Origin: Firmicutes bacterium UBA5774
GTDB lineage: Bacteria; Bacillota; Clostridia; Peptostreptococcales; Anaerovoracaceae
Direction of reading: 5' to 3'
DNA: 64,000 nucleotides
Assembly (NCBI GenBank): GCA_002418625.1
Contig: DIEM01000059.1
Span: 13,451-77,450, forward strand
The notes below the pieces were generated by a model. The model searched no databases and was not told the origin of the DNA. It saw only the letters and a program-made list of their open reading frames with translations. The position numbers and the translations under genes are program-made. This document shows, one piece after another, positions 1 to 9,763 of this stretch. Position 1 is the stretch's first letter, and each line of letters starts with the position of its first letter.

Positions 1-306
1 TAATATCTCCATGAAATTCTCCTTGTCCGGCTCTTCCTGATGCTGAAAATCGACAGGCTTGTCCAGTTTCGTTATGAGCTGGATATTTTTATCGCTGACT
101 CCGACCATGTACTGCACCTCTCCGACCTCTATCAGGAGAACGGATCCCGTGTTGTTGATCATCAGCCGGTCTATGATCCTGATATGCTTGCCTCCGGCAA
201 CGTGACGCATCTTGCCGGCATACCATTTGCTGGCAGCATAGGTCAGAAAGATCACCAGGATCGTTCCCGCTATTGCGAAAAACATGGAAAATACGTCTTT
301 AATCAA
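1..306 (-). CDS. fliO: Flagellar biosynthesis protein FliO/FliZ, N-terminal part only (continues past the left edge)
   Basis: Not in the ORF track because there is no stop in the window. Manual minus-strand translation from TTG 306 (GAGGAGG 8 nt upstream; in-frame ATG at 285) gives IKDVFSMFFAIAGTILVIFLTYAASKWYAGKMRHVAGGKHIRIIDRLMINNTGSVLLIEVGEVQYMVGVSDKNIQLITKLDKPVDF... This is one TM helix followed by a FliO-like region. It follows cheY as fliZ/fliO does in the B. subtilis fla/che operon. Confidence 0.6.
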   Translation of the reverse strand, partial: MIKDVFSMFFAIAGTILVIFLTYAASKWYAGKMRHVAGGKHIRIIDRLMINNTGSVLLIEVGEVQYMVGVSDKNIQLITKLDKPVDFQHQEEPDKENFMEIL

Positions 307-321
307 TGGAATGGCCTCCTC

Positions 322-684
322 TTAATCTCCAAGGGCGTTTTTTACGGTCTGAATCAGTCTGTCCGGCTTGAATGGCTTCACTATGAAATCCAGCGCCCCG
401 AGCTTGATGGCCTCCACGACCATTCCTTCCTGACCCATGGCCGAACACATGACGACTTTGGCGGCGGGATTTGACTTCTTGATTGCAGTCAAAGCCTGGA
501 TGCCGTCCTTGATCGGCATCGTGATGTCAAGAAGCACAAGATCCGGCTTGTTCTCCATGTATTTGCTGATGGCGTCCTCTCCATCCCCGGCTTCGATGAA
601 ATCGGTATAGCCCGCTTTTTTCAGGTTATCCTTGATCATCATTCTCATGAATGCCGCATCATCGACTATCAATATTTTCCCCAT
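322..684 (-). CDS. cheY: Chemotaxis response regulator CheY (single receiver domain)
   Basis: 120 aa. KILIVDDAAFMR acidic pocket, phospho-acceptor in DLVLLDITMP, conserved VVMCSAMG and FIVKPF. Embedded in the flagellar operon. Confidence 0.9.
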   Translation of the reverse strand: MGKILIVDDAAFMRMMIKDNLKKAGYTDFIEAGDGEDAISKYMENKPDLVLLDITMPIKDGIQALTAIKKSNPAAKVVMCSAMGQEGMVVEAIKLGALDFIVKPFKPDRLIQTVKNALGD

Positions 685-751
685 CTTTTCGCTTCCTTTC
701 TTTTTATAACTTCCCGTTTATTTTTCTTGTTCACTGGTTGTTTTTTATGTC

Positions 752-1828
752 TTACAGTTCGCTCAGCGTCTCCTTCAGCCGGACGATCTCCGTGATCCTG
801 ACGCTGTAATTGTCATCAACTATTACGACGTCGCCTTTCGCGATCAGCCGGCCGTTCGCCAGAACATCGACCTGAGCTCCAGCCTGTCTGTCAAGCTCAA
901 CGATGTTTCCCTGGGATAGCTCGATGATATCCTTGATCTTCTTTTTGGTCCGTCCAAGCTCAACGGTGATCTGCAGCGGAACCGACATGATCAGTTCCAG
1001 ATTGTTGGTATTCGGATCATAAGCTCCGGCAGGCGTATCGAAGGATTTATAATTGAAATCCTGTGTCTCGACCGCTTTCTTCTGAGACGGCTCGGGATTG
1101 TAATAAGGTTCCGGCCTTGCTGTCAAGCCTGCGATCGCGGCGGCCACCGGTTCCTCCATCCGCGCTGTTTCAGCCTGTTTCTGAGGCGCGCTTGCCTTCT
1201 TGGCTGCCTGATCCTCCACTTCATTGGCACCAAGGGACATCTTTACGATCTTTCTGGCAAGATCCGGCTCAAGAGCGCTTATAAACTCACTGTCCACGAG
1301 ATCGTCGATCACGAGGCGGAATTTGATGCTGACCAGCTCCTGTCCCTTTAAGGCGAACATACCCTTGACACTGCCGATATCCGCCACATCCAGGACCTCC
1401 GGCGGCGATATGTTCACAACATGTCCGAGAAAAGAGGCAAGGGCGCTTGAAGCGGATCCCATCATCTGGTTCATGATCTCGCAGACTGCGCTCGTGCTTA
1501 TTTCGTCAAGCACGAATTCTTCATCCGGATCCGTTGAAAGAAGATGGCAAAGAATATTTTTGATATCCGCCTGCTTCAGCAGTAAAATGTTGTTCCCCTC
1601 TATCCCTTCAATGTATTTGATCAACACGCCGACTGCCGGTTCGAGGTATGCGATATCAAAATCATTGACCGAAACTGTTTCGATCCTCGGCGTCGTGATC
1701 GTCACTTTTTTATCCAATATGGTCGATACGGCTGTCGCTGCGGCGCCCATGCTGATATTCATCACTTCGCCGATAACATCTATTTCCATATCGCTTAAAG
1801 GCCTCATGCTTTCTCCGAATTCTGTCAT
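752..1828 (-). CDS. fliY: Flagellar motor switch phosphatase FliY (CheC-like N-terminus + FliN C-terminus)
   Basis: 358 aa. CheC-like repeats DVIGEVMNISMGAAATAVS and SAVCEIMNQMMGSASSALAS. C-terminal FliN/SpoA block LQITVELGRTKKKIKDIIELSQGNIVELD. Start overlaps the fliM stop (ATGA). Confidence 0.9.
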   Translation of the reverse strand: MTEFGESMRPLSDMEIDVIGEVMNISMGAAATAVSTILDKKVTITTPRIETVSVNDFDIAYLEPAVGVLIKYIEGIEGNNILLLKQADIKNILCHLLSTDPDEEFVLDEISTSAVCEIMNQMMGSASSALASFLGHVVNISPPEVLDVADIGSVKGMFALKGQELVSIKFRLVIDDLVDSEFISALEPDLARKIVKMSLGANEVEDQAAKKASAPQKQAETARMEEPVAAAIAGLTARPEPYYNPEPSQKKAVETQDFNYKSFDTPAGAYDPNTNNLELIMSVPLQITVELGRTKKKIKDIIELSQGNIVELDRQAGAQVDVLANGRLIAKGDVVIVDDNYSVRITEIVRLKETLSEL

Positions 1829-2841
1829 CTGGCAATGTCACTTCCTTTCTTTAAAACTTCTCTTATTGCAATGGCTTTTCTTTTGTTGAATATGCCGATT
1901 TCCCCCCGGAACCACGTCTCACCTTCGATTGCAATATCGACCAGATCGTTTTTCGACTTATCCAATTTGATCACATCGCCCACTTCAAGTTCAATGAGAT
2001 CCTTTGACAGAACGTCGGCGGTTCCAAGTATTCCCGTCATTTCAAGATTCGATTTCTCGATCTCTCCGATGATTGCCGTCCGTCTGTGCTCTTCATTTGT
2101 GACATCGCCTTTTCTGATGCTTTTTCTGGTTTGCGAGCTGATGACCTTGAGCATTGTATCCAGTATTATTCCCGGTATGCAAATATTTATTTTGCCTTGT
2201 GTCTCGTTGATCTGTATGTTCATGACGACGATCACGACACTCTCATCGGCTCCGATCCCCTGAAGTATTCTGGAATTGGTCTCTATCTTCATCAGCCTGG
2301 GGTTTATGACGATATAATCATGCCACGCGTTTTTCATCAGCGGGATCATGCCCTTGAAGATATAATCCAGCAGCCCGTATTCTATGTCTGTGAATTCCCG
2401 GTCGCTGTCGATGGGCTTTCCGCTGCCGCCCAGCAATCTGTCGATGGCGCAGAACCCGATGTCTTTGCTGACATCCATGAGTACGATATCCTCATCCTCG
2501 CCGTTATCGGTGATCCCGAAATCGATAAGGCCCATCAGGACCGAATCAGGCAGCGCATTATTGAATTCATAATACTGCTGCTCTTCGACTTCGATGATTT
2601 CAATTTTACAATAAGCCTGCAAAATAGCCGTTATGTAAGAAGACAATATTCTGGAATAATTCTCATATATGCTGTACAATATCTTGAGCTGCTCGCGTGT
2701 GAACAGTTTTGGGCTTCTAAAGTCATAATCCTTGACTTTTTTCTTTTGCTGTTCGTGGTCGGCCGCATCGATATCTTTAGCTCCGCTGATCAGACTGTTC
2801 AATAGATTGTCGATCTGACTCTGGGATAGAATTTCCGCCAT
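1825..2841 (-). CDS. fliM: Flagellar motor switch protein FliM
   Basis: 338 aa. N-terminal CheY-P binding motif EILSQSQIDNLL, FliM middle domain, C-terminal SpoA-like region. Synteny is fliM-fliY. Confidence 0.92.
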   Translation of the reverse strand: MAEILSQSQIDNLLNSLISGAKDIDAADHEQQKKKVKDYDFRSPKLFTREQLKILYSIYENYSRILSSYITAILQAYCKIEIIEVEEQQYYEFNNALPDSVLMGLIDFGITDNGEDEDIVLMDVSKDIGFCAIDRLLGGSGKPIDSDREFTDIEYGLLDYIFKGMIPLMKNAWHDYIVINPRLMKIETNSRILQGIGADESVVIVVMNIQINETQGKINICIPGIILDTMLKVISSQTRKSIRKGDVTNEEHRRTAIIGEIEKSNLEMTGILGTADVLSKDLIELEVGDVIKLDKSKNDLVDIAIEGETWFRGEIGIFNKRKAIAIREVLKKGSDIAR

Positions 2842-2928
2842 AATATTTTCTCCTTTCTTAGATATTCTGCCTGGCTTCTGAGATCGGGAAGCGACTATAT
2901 GTTTCTTCTATTGCCTCAACAAGTGCAG

Positions 2929-3144
2929 TTATTTTTTCTTTTTGGTGTTTTCCGGTTTTGATGCCTTCGAAAGCTGCCTTTTGTAGGCGATCACTTTCCC
3001 GACGATATCATCTGCGCTTTCCCTGACCAGAAAGTATTTTTCATTCACCAGCTGGATCGTTGTATCCGGCCTCTCCTCGATCGTTTCGATCAAATCGCTG
3101 TTGAGAATCAGTTCGTCGCCATTCAATTTCGTTAATTTGATCAT
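2929..3144 (-). CDS. flbD: Flagellar protein FlbD
   Basis: The ORF track gives 2929..3198. I moved the start to ATG 3144 (AGGGGA RBS). MIKLTKLNGDELILNSDLIETIEERPDTTIQLVNEKYFLVRES is FlbD-like. It follows flgE. Confidence 0.8.
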   Translation of the reverse strand: MIKLTKLNGDELILNSDLIETIEERPDTTIQLVNEKYFLVRESADDIVGKVIAYKRQLSKASKPENTKKKK

Positions 3145-3261
3145 TTCGTTCCCCTGTTCTGCAATCGGGATGCGTCTTCCGCCCGTCAGTGCTTTCATGC
3201 CGCCCTGCGCCCGGAAGCCGCACCCCTCATGCCGCTATTCTATTTTTACCCTTTTGAAATT

Positions 3262-4710
3262 TTATCTCTTCATGTTTACAAGCTCTTCAAGCATCGAGTC
3301 CGATACGGTGATCATCCTTGTGTTGGCCTGGAATCCTCTTTGCGTGATGATCATTTCCGTAAACTCCTTGGACAGGTCAACGTTTGACATTTCCAGCGCG
3401 CCTGACCTGAAGGATCCGGTCCCCTGGCTGCCCGGAATGACACCGACTGCTTCGCCCGAATTGAGCGTTTCCAGGAAGTATCCTTCTCCTGATTGGGAAA
3501 GACCGTCGGCATTTGCGAATTTGACGCAGGCTATGGTCGCGATCCTGATCGACTGGCTGGCGCCGTTGCCGACGGACCCAAGCAATGTACCTTCCGGTAT
3601 ATTCCCGACGTCTTCAAATGTGTCTGCGGAAATATTCAGTGTCAGATCGCCCATCGTTACCGATGTTGTTGCCGGAGTCCATGTTGCCGGTCCGATCGTG
3701 AGCGTCGATCCGGACTGAAGGTATGCCGAAGCTGTTATAGACGCCTGGGTCGCGGAAATGTTCCCCAGATTATTCGTACCTGTTGCAAAGGTATATTGAG
3801 TCGCATCGACCGTCACAGCATCCGCCAGTCCATCAACTTCAAACGACACTGTGTCGGTTGCGGCGTCATATGTCCCTGTCGCGGAGAAAGCTTCCCCGTC
3901 AAGATCGGTCCCGTTCAGCGTATAAGCAGTTCCATCGTAATTAACGGACATTCTGCCGATGATGTTGGCATCGGCATCGACCGTAACGCCTGCTACGGCA
4001 TTTCCGTCAGAATCTCTGGAAACTGTGTCCACTGCCGTGACTGTCGATTGGATCGTCACCTTGCCCGTGTAGAGCGAATCTTCGCTGATCGAGCTGCTGC
4101 TGAGCCAGCTGGTATTTACTGAAGGCGTGAAAGCGGGATCTCCTTCGGCGATGGCGCTGATCTCACCATTCTGTCCGATCGCGATGCCTGAATATTTTTC
4201 CAGTGTCGCCGGCAGGACCTGGATCGCCACCAGCGATGAAGTGTCGACAGTTCCGTCGTCATTGAGCGCCGGCAGACCCGTTGTGCTGTTTGTCGGGATT
4301 CCGAGCACCATATTTCCATTGGCGTCGACAAGATTCCCGGCGACATCAAATCCAAGGACGCCCACTCTGGTATATTTTACCGCGCCATCGCCGTCCTTGA
4401 CGGCCAGATAGCCTTCGCCGTTGATGTATACGTCCATTGCCCGGTCAGTCGTCGCGCTTCCGGCCTGAGTATTGATGACGTCGATCGAATTGACCTTCGC
4501 GCCATAGCCGAGCTGGGTCGCGTTCGTTCCGCCTGTATTTGTCGTCGGAGCAGAAGTGCTGCTGATCGTCTGGTAGAAAACATCCGAAAATGTGACCCTG
4601 CTGGATTTGTAGCCGTAAGTGTTCACATTGGCGATATTATTGCCGATCACGTTCATTTTGGTCTGATGAGCGGCAAGACCCGATACTGCTGAGTACATTG
4701 ATCCTAACAT
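3262..4710 (-). CDS. flgE: Flagellar hook protein FlgE
   Basis: Start moved to ATG 4710. The N-terminus is then MLGSMYSAVSGLAAHQTKMNVIGNNIANVNTYGYK (rod/hook N-terminal motif). The C-terminus is ITQRGFQANTRMITVSDSMLEELVNMKR. Long Thr/Ser/Gly-rich central domain. Confidence 0.9.
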   Translation of the reverse strand: MLGSMYSAVSGLAAHQTKMNVIGNNIANVNTYGYKSSRVTFSDVFYQTISSTSAPTTNTGGTNATQLGYGAKVNSIDVINTQAGSATTDRAMDVYINGEGYLAVKDGDGAVKYTRVGVLGFDVAGNLVDANGNMVLGIPTNSTTGLPALNDDGTVDTSSLVAIQVLPATLEKYSGIAIGQNGEISAIAEGDPAFTPSVNTSWLSSSSISEDSLYTGKVTIQSTVTAVDTVSRDSDGNAVAGVTVDADANIIGRMSVNYDGTAYTLNGTDLDGEAFSATGTYDAATDTVSFEVDGLADAVTVDATQYTFATGTNNLGNISATQASITASAYLQSGSTLTIGPATWTPATTSVTMGDLTLNISADTFEDVGNIPEGTLLGSVGNGASQSIRIATIACVKFANADGLSQSGEGYFLETLNSGEAVGVIPGSQGTGSFRSGALEMSNVDLSKEFTEMIITQRGFQANTRMITVSDSMLEELVNMKR

Positions 4711-4797
4711 TTCTTGATTCCTTTCTTTGTACATCGTGCCCTTTTGCGGATCCTTCTGTCGTTCGGGATCCGCCATAGCTTCCTTTTTCAGGTCCGG

Positions 4798-5217
4798 CTA
4801 TATGAATACGGCACCATCGATATTTGTGAAAACGTTATCCTTCATTTCATTCTTGTCAATTACAGTGACCACAACCTTGCTTGGCGCGTTTACGATGAAT
4901 GCTGCTTTGTCGGTTATGACCAAAGCGTCCTTGATGCCTTTCTTGCTGGCTTTATCACAGGCTTCATTCAGTTTCGTCAGATCTGTGCGGGTCATTTCTA
5001 TATTCCTCTCTTCGGTCCTGCTGCTCGCATGCTTCGAGAAAGTGATTTCCTGCTGCTGCAGCTGCCTGTTCAGGATCTCCTGGAAAGAATTGCCTGCAGC
5101 TCCTGTCGCGGTTGACGTCTTGGGACCTGCCTGGCCGCTGCCCGATCTGATTTTTTCCGTCTGCCTGATAATCGCGTCAGCCATGCTGTAATTACTGCCG
5201 TTTATCTGACTGGACAT
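4798..5217 (-). CDS. Small flagellar operon protein (TIGR02530-like, recalled from memory)
   Basis: 139 aa. FSKHASSRTEERNI...KGIKDALVI...NVFTNIDGAVFI matches my recollection of the small conserved protein found between flgD and flgE in Firmicutes. Confidence 0.6.
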   Translation of the reverse strand: MSSQINGSNYSMADAIIRQTEKIRSGSGQAGPKTSTATGAAGNSFQEILNRQLQQQEITFSKHASSRTEERNIEMTRTDLTKLNEACDKASKKGIKDALVITDKAAFIVNAPSKVVVTVIDKNEMKDNVFTNIDGAVFI

Positions 5218-5227
5218 TCTTCAACTC

Positions 5228-5725
5228 CTATTCTGTTTCGGAACTCGACATGCTTGATATGCTATCGCTGACGCTGCTTTGGATCTGCTTCAGGAATTCA
5301 TCCACCGTCGTTCCGCTTTGAGCGGGCGCTCCGACCTTCATGACACTGCTGAGGGCATACGGCGTACCGTTTATGACCACCTCCGCATCGCCATTGAAAA
5401 GGTTTACGCCATCCACTATGCCGGTGACGCTTATCAATTCGCCGTTGTCATCCGAATATGCCACCGTTGCTTCCTTTCCGACAAGATTCACGCTATATGC
5501 CGTCTGGGACATCGAATTGAGATCCGCCAGCGCCTGAACCATCGAAAACTGCGCCATCTGAGCCATGAATTCCGTGTTGTCCACTGTGTTGTACATATCC
5601 TGATTGCTCATTTGCGCAACCATTAGTGTGAAGAAGTCATCCATGGTCAGATTTGTGGTTCCGGTCGATTTGCTGGCGCTTGCCGTCGTTGCCGGCTGAT
5701 AATAATTGATTGAGTCAATTGCCAT
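5228..5725 (-). CDS. flgD: Flagellar hook capping/assembly protein FlgD
   Basis: 165 aa. DFFTLMVAQMSNQDMYNTVDNTEFMAQMAQFSMVQAL followed by a beta-rich C-terminus. Lies between fliK and flgE. Confidence 0.85.
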   Translation of the reverse strand: MAIDSINYYQPATTASASKSTGTTNLTMDDFFTLMVAQMSNQDMYNTVDNTEFMAQMAQFSMVQALADLNSMSQTAYSVNLVGKEATVAYSDDNGELISVTGIVDGVNLFNGDAEVVINGTPYALSSVMKVGAPAQSGTTVDEFLKQIQSSVSDSISSMSSSETE

Positions 5726-5736
5726 TTTTACACCCC

Positions 5737-7152
5737 CTAAACTGCGTAATCCATTCTCTGGGACAGGTTTCTGACGATCCGGCTGTTTTCTGCAGCCTTG
5801 ACGGTCTGAATGCGATCATCCGCGTCTGCCCGGCCGTAGGTACGACCGTCGTTGTCCGAATCCCGGTTTCGGCTATTTTTGTGGGAAAATTCCATTCCCC
5901 CGTTCATGGCCATCATCTGTTCGGCCGCAGTGCCTGTGCCCGTCTGAGCAGGATGGTTGACGCTGACGCTTTCGACATGGACATTCTGAAGTCCCAGACT
6001 GGCGACCAGCTGATCGACCTGGCTGACGAGCAGCGTCTGTGTCCTGGCGCTTGCCGCCATGATGTCAATGATGAGTTTTCCTTCGCTGACCTTGAACTGG
6101 ACGTCGATGTCGCCAAGATCCTGCGGCTGAAGTGTCATTTTAAATTCCATCGGGCCCTTCTGCTCAAGCTTTGCGAGGATCTCATTGCCGACCTGGCTGT
6201 ATGTTCCGGCATATTCCGGCGAGCTGACGGCTGTATAAGCCGTTCCGGCTCTTTCAAGTCCGACGGCGCCGGCTGCCGCTCCCTGACCCTGGCTTTGGCT
6301 CTGGTCATGCGCGGAAACAATGTTCTGGCCCTGCTCTTTCGAACTGATCTGCTGCTTTAGGGCATCCGCGAATTCGCTCGCCTCTTCGGCGCTTACGGCC
6401 TCAAATCCTTCCAGTCCTTGCTCGGAGATGCCATCAGGCTGACCTGCTATAGCCATGTCTTTGATAATCGAGGCCGTTTCGCTTCCAATCGCTGGGTTCC
6501 CCGCCGGGTCTGCTCCCGCCGATGCTCTGGCAATTATACGGTTGTCCTTGATCTCCTTCATGATTTCACGGACCGGCTCTCCAAGCCATGCTGCTGTGTC
6601 ATACTCCGTTGTTTCCGAGCTTTGCTGCATTTTTTCAACCAGATGCTGCATTCCCGGGTTGATTCCGGATCTCTGGCCAGCGTCCGCCGCTTGTGGCTCG
6701 CTAGACGCCACTGCCGCGACGCCCGATAATACTGCCTGCAGCTCCGCGATTCCGGCAAAGGCGGTTTCTGCTTCTGCAGCTGCCGCTTCAAAGTGCTCTT
6801 CTGCAAAAACCATCGGCTCATCCTGTTCATCAGCTGCCGTTAAATTGGATAGTTTTTCCGCTTCGCCACCGACCATAGCTTCCGCCGCAACTGCTTCCAT
6901 GCCTTCAGCGACAAAGACCACAGCGTTTCCGGCTGCAGCGTCAGCAACGATTTCCGTCGGCATGTCTGCCATAACCGCACCCGGAATCCCTCCGCCATTG
7001 CCGCCACAGGAACAAGCCATGTTCATGGCGAACAGCTCCGCGAAGGCCTTCCCTGCCGGGCTGTTTTTCTGTCCGCCTATCGCAGCCGCATTGCCGGGAT
7101 CCATTGCTCCGACTCTTGCCAGAGTATTGTTCTGAATCATATTGACATTCAT
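5737..7152 (-). CDS. fliK: Flagellar hook-length control protein FliK
   Basis: Start moved to ATG 7152 (AAAGGAGG RBS). Ala/Gly/Glu-rich N-terminal region. C-terminal Flg_hook-like block MTLQPQDLGDIDVQFKVSEGKLIIDIMAASARTQTLLVSQVDQLVASL. Confidence 0.75.
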   Translation of the reverse strand: MNVNMIQNNTLARVGAMDPGNAAAIGGQKNSPAGKAFAELFAMNMACSCGGNGGGIPGAVMADMPTEIVADAAAGNAVVFVAEGMEAVAAEAMVGGEAEKLSNLTAADEQDEPMVFAEEHFEAAAAEAETAFAGIAELQAVLSGVAAVASSEPQAADAGQRSGINPGMQHLVEKMQQSSETTEYDTAAWLGEPVREIMKEIKDNRIIARASAGADPAGNPAIGSETASIIKDMAIAGQPDGISEQGLEGFEAVSAEEASEFADALKQQISSKEQGQNIVSAHDQSQSQGQGAAAGAVGLERAGTAYTAVSSPEYAGTYSQVGNEILAKLEQKGPMEFKMTLQPQDLGDIDVQFKVSEGKLIIDIMAASARTQTLLVSQVDQLVASLGLQNVHVESVSVNHPAQTGTGTAAEQMMAMNGGMEFSHKNSRNRDSDNDGRTYGRADADDRIQTVKAAENSRIVRNLSQRMDYAV

Positions 7153-7205
7153 TCGTTTACCTCCTTTCCTCAAATATTATATTTCAAGGATCTCTCCCTA
7201 AAACC

Positions 7206-7643
7206 TTAGTAGTATTTCGCGGCGGCCACAAATTCGTCCATATCCGCCTCTTCACGCTTGCTTTCAGCCTTCTTGAAATCGTCCAGCCTGTTCTCCCTGA
7301 GGTTGTCGATGGTCTTGACTTCCATCTTCATCTGCTTCACCACATTTATTTGCTCCACGATTTTCATCGATATTCTCTCGATTTCCTGCTGCGCCGCTTT
7401 TGTCTGCTCATTCAGGTCCACAATATAGTACATATAGAGCTGGCATTCCGAAGGCGTCGATGTTGTGTTGAGCTTGCTGTTGAGCTTATTTTTGCATCGT
7501 TCATAGTTTTTCTGAATCGTGTTCAGCTTATCCAGGGCCATCTGGTGTTCAAGGTTCAATTCCGACAAAACCTGCATTTCGCTTTCAAGGATCTGATTCT
7601 TGTAATTCAGAAGTTTTTCTAAAGGAAACTGGAATTTCTTCAT
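7206..7643 (-). CDS. fliJ: Flagellar export chaperone/stalk protein FliJ
   Basis: 145-aa coiled-coil protein starting MKKFQFPLEKLLNYK. Lies directly after fliI. Confidence 0.8.
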   Translation of the reverse strand: MKKFQFPLEKLLNYKNQILESEMQVLSELNLEHQMALDKLNTIQKNYERCKNKLNSKLNTTSTPSECQLYMYYIVDLNEQTKAAQQEIERISMKIVEQINVVKQMKMEVKTIDNLRENRLDDFKKAESKREEADMDEFVAAAKYY

Positions 7644-7673
7644 GGCTCGACCTCCGCCTCACGGCCTAAACTG

Positions 7674-8981
7674 CTACTGGATCGCTTTCTCCATCATTGC
7701 AAGACTGTCATTGTACGCTATTTTCTCATCCACCCGCTGCTGCAGGAAATGGTTGATTCCGTCTATTTTGGTCAGCGCGTGGTCAAGTGCCTGATTGCTG
7801 CCGCTTTTATACGCGCCTATATTCACCAGATCATAATTCGCATCGTATATCGACATCGTATTCCTGATCCTTCCGGCAAGCTCGGTCTGTTTTTTATCGA
7901 CAATATCGTTCATCAGCCTGCTGATGCTTCCCAGGATGTCGATGGCCGGATAATGGTTGCGCATCGCGATCTTTCTGGAAAGGACGATGTGTCCGTCAAT
8001 GATGCCCCGTACCGTGTCGGCGATCGGCTCATTCACATCGTCGCCTTCGACAAGGACCGTGTAGATGCCCGTAATGGAGCCGGTTTCAAAGTTTCCGGTC
8101 CTTTCAAGCAGCTTCGGCAGCATCGAATAGATCGATGGGGTATATCCCCTGGCTACCGGCGGCTCTCCCGTCGCAAGTCCGATCTCCCGCTGCGCCATGG
8201 CGAATCTTGTCAGGGAATCCATCATCAGCAGCACATCTTTTCCCTCGTCCTTGAAATATTCTGCGATTGTCGTCGCAACAAGGGCACATTTCATTCTCAG
8301 CATCGGAGGCTGGTCCGAGGTGGCCACCACTACGACGGATCTTGCCATTCCTTCGGGCCCAAGGTCTCTTTCGATGAATTCCCGGACCTCGCGTCCTCTT
8401 TCGCCGACCAGCGCGATAACGTTTATGTCGGCTTTCACATTCCGGGCGATCATTCCCATCAAAGTGCTTTTACCGACACCGCTTCCCGAAAAGATGCCCA
8501 TCCTTTGCCCTTTGCCGATCGTCAGCAATCCGTCGATCGCCTTGACTCCGAACTCCAGAATTTCATTGATTCTCGGCCGTGACAGCGGATTGGAGCAGGT
8601 GCTCTGTACCTCATATTGCGTATGGCACTCGATTTCACCCTCGTCGTCGATCGGTCTTCCTGTCGCACTGATGACCCTGCCGATCAACTGCTCCGATACG
8701 TCGATCTTGAGTGCCGCGTTCGTTGTCTCCACCAGATTTCCGGCCCTGATCCCCTCCGGCTCCTCATACGGCATCAGCAGCACCTTGTTTTCCCTGAATC
8801 CGACCACCTCAGCAAGGATAAAACTATCGAAGCCCTGGTAATAGATTTTGCACAAATCGCCGATCTTGCTTCTCGGCCCGATGGATTCGATCATCATCCC
8901 GATCACTTTATCTATTTTCCCGAAATAGTGATACGTTTCCCCGCTCTGAATGGCTTTAAGGCAGTTGTCCAGATTTATCAA
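7674..8981 (-). CDS. fliI: Flagellum-specific ATPase FliI
   Basis: 435 aa. TTG start with GGAGGAGG RBS. Walker A GSGVGKST and Walker B DVLLMMDS. T3SS/F1 ATPase family. Confidence 0.95.
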   Translation of the reverse strand: MINLDNCLKAIQSGETYHYFGKIDKVIGMMIESIGPRSKIGDLCKIYYQGFDSFILAEVVGFRENKVLLMPYEEPEGIRAGNLVETTNAALKIDVSEQLIGRVISATGRPIDDEGEIECHTQYEVQSTCSNPLSRPRINEILEFGVKAIDGLLTIGKGQRMGIFSGSGVGKSTLMGMIARNVKADINVIALVGERGREVREFIERDLGPEGMARSVVVVATSDQPPMLRMKCALVATTIAEYFKDEGKDVLLMMDSLTRFAMAQREIGLATGEPPVARGYTPSIYSMLPKLLERTGNFETGSITGIYTVLVEGDDVNEPIADTVRGIIDGHIVLSRKIAMRNHYPAIDILGSISRLMNDIVDKKQTELAGRIRNTMSIYDANYDLVNIGAYKSGSNQALDHALTKIDGINHFLQQRVDEKIAYNDSLAMMEKAIQ

Positions 8982-9022
8982 AGGAATCCTCCTCCGGCTT
9001 CGTTTCTTTTTCTGCTTTTCTT

Positions 9023-9763
9023 TTATAATGTATGGTTCATCGCCTCCTTGATATGCTCAAGCTGCGATTTCAGGCTCACATCTATGATGCCGTCCGGTGT
9101 CTCCACCATGATCACGTCTTCGTCCTTGACCGTATTGACGCTGATGTTCTGTGCCATGCCCTGGATCTTCTTGGATATCCTGTGGTTTATCTTAAAGTCA
9201 ATACTCTTATGATATTCAGACAAATAGATCTTGATATTGGTTTCATTCTTGTATTCATGCAGCACCTCATCGAGCATTTTCGGGATAGCGTCTTCGTCCA
9301 GGAGGATCTGCTGTTTCATGATTTTCTTGGCTATTTCCATCGACAGCATGACGATGTCTTTTTCATGCCGGGCAGCCAATGCCTTTTCATCCGCCTTGAT
9401 CTGTTCAATGATATTTTTCAGCTCGGTCAGCGCGCTTTCCACCTCTTTGCCCGCAAGCTCCCTGCCGATTTCGACCCCTTTTACATACCCTTGGTCATAC
9501 CCGTTTTTTTCTGCGTCCTGGACGATCTGCCTGCTTTTTCTGTGGGCGTTTTCAATGATGTCCTCCGCCCGCTTCATCGCTTCATTATCTATATGCTGGG
9601 ATTTCTTGATCGCCTGAAGGATCATCATCTGCTTCTGGTCGTCGGGATATTCGTATTCCCTGTCCCGCCTGTACGCTCTGGGCTCCGAATCGGGATACGC
9701 CTTGGCATCATCCGGATTATTCGAGATCGATTTCGCTTTGAATACACTAGACAATGATCTCAT
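9023..9763 (-). CDS. fliH: Flagellar assembly protein FliH
   Basis: The ORF track extends to 9847, but that would overlap fliG by 100 nt. ATG 9763 gives a 17-nt overlap. Charged coiled-coil N-part. Lies between fliG and fliI. Start uncertain. Confidence 0.75.
   Translation of the reverse strand: MRSLSSVFKAKSISNNPDDAKAYPDSEPRAYRRDREYEYPDDQKQMMILQAIKKSQHIDNEAMKRAEDIIENAHRKSRQIVQDAEKNGYDQGYVKGVEIGRELAGKEVESALTELKNIIEQIKADEKALAARHEKDIVMLSMEIAKKIMKQQILLDEDAIPKMLDEVLHEYKNETNIKIYLSEYHKSIDFKINHRISKKIQGMAQNISVNTVKDEDVIMVETPDGIIDVSLKSQLEHIKEAMNHTL

Noticed and set aside
40-474. 144-aa plus-strand ORF at the left edge.
   Set aside because: It lies antisense to fliO and cheY, which have strong family signatures and RBSs. 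It has no RBS and no recognisable motif, so it is a shadow ORF.
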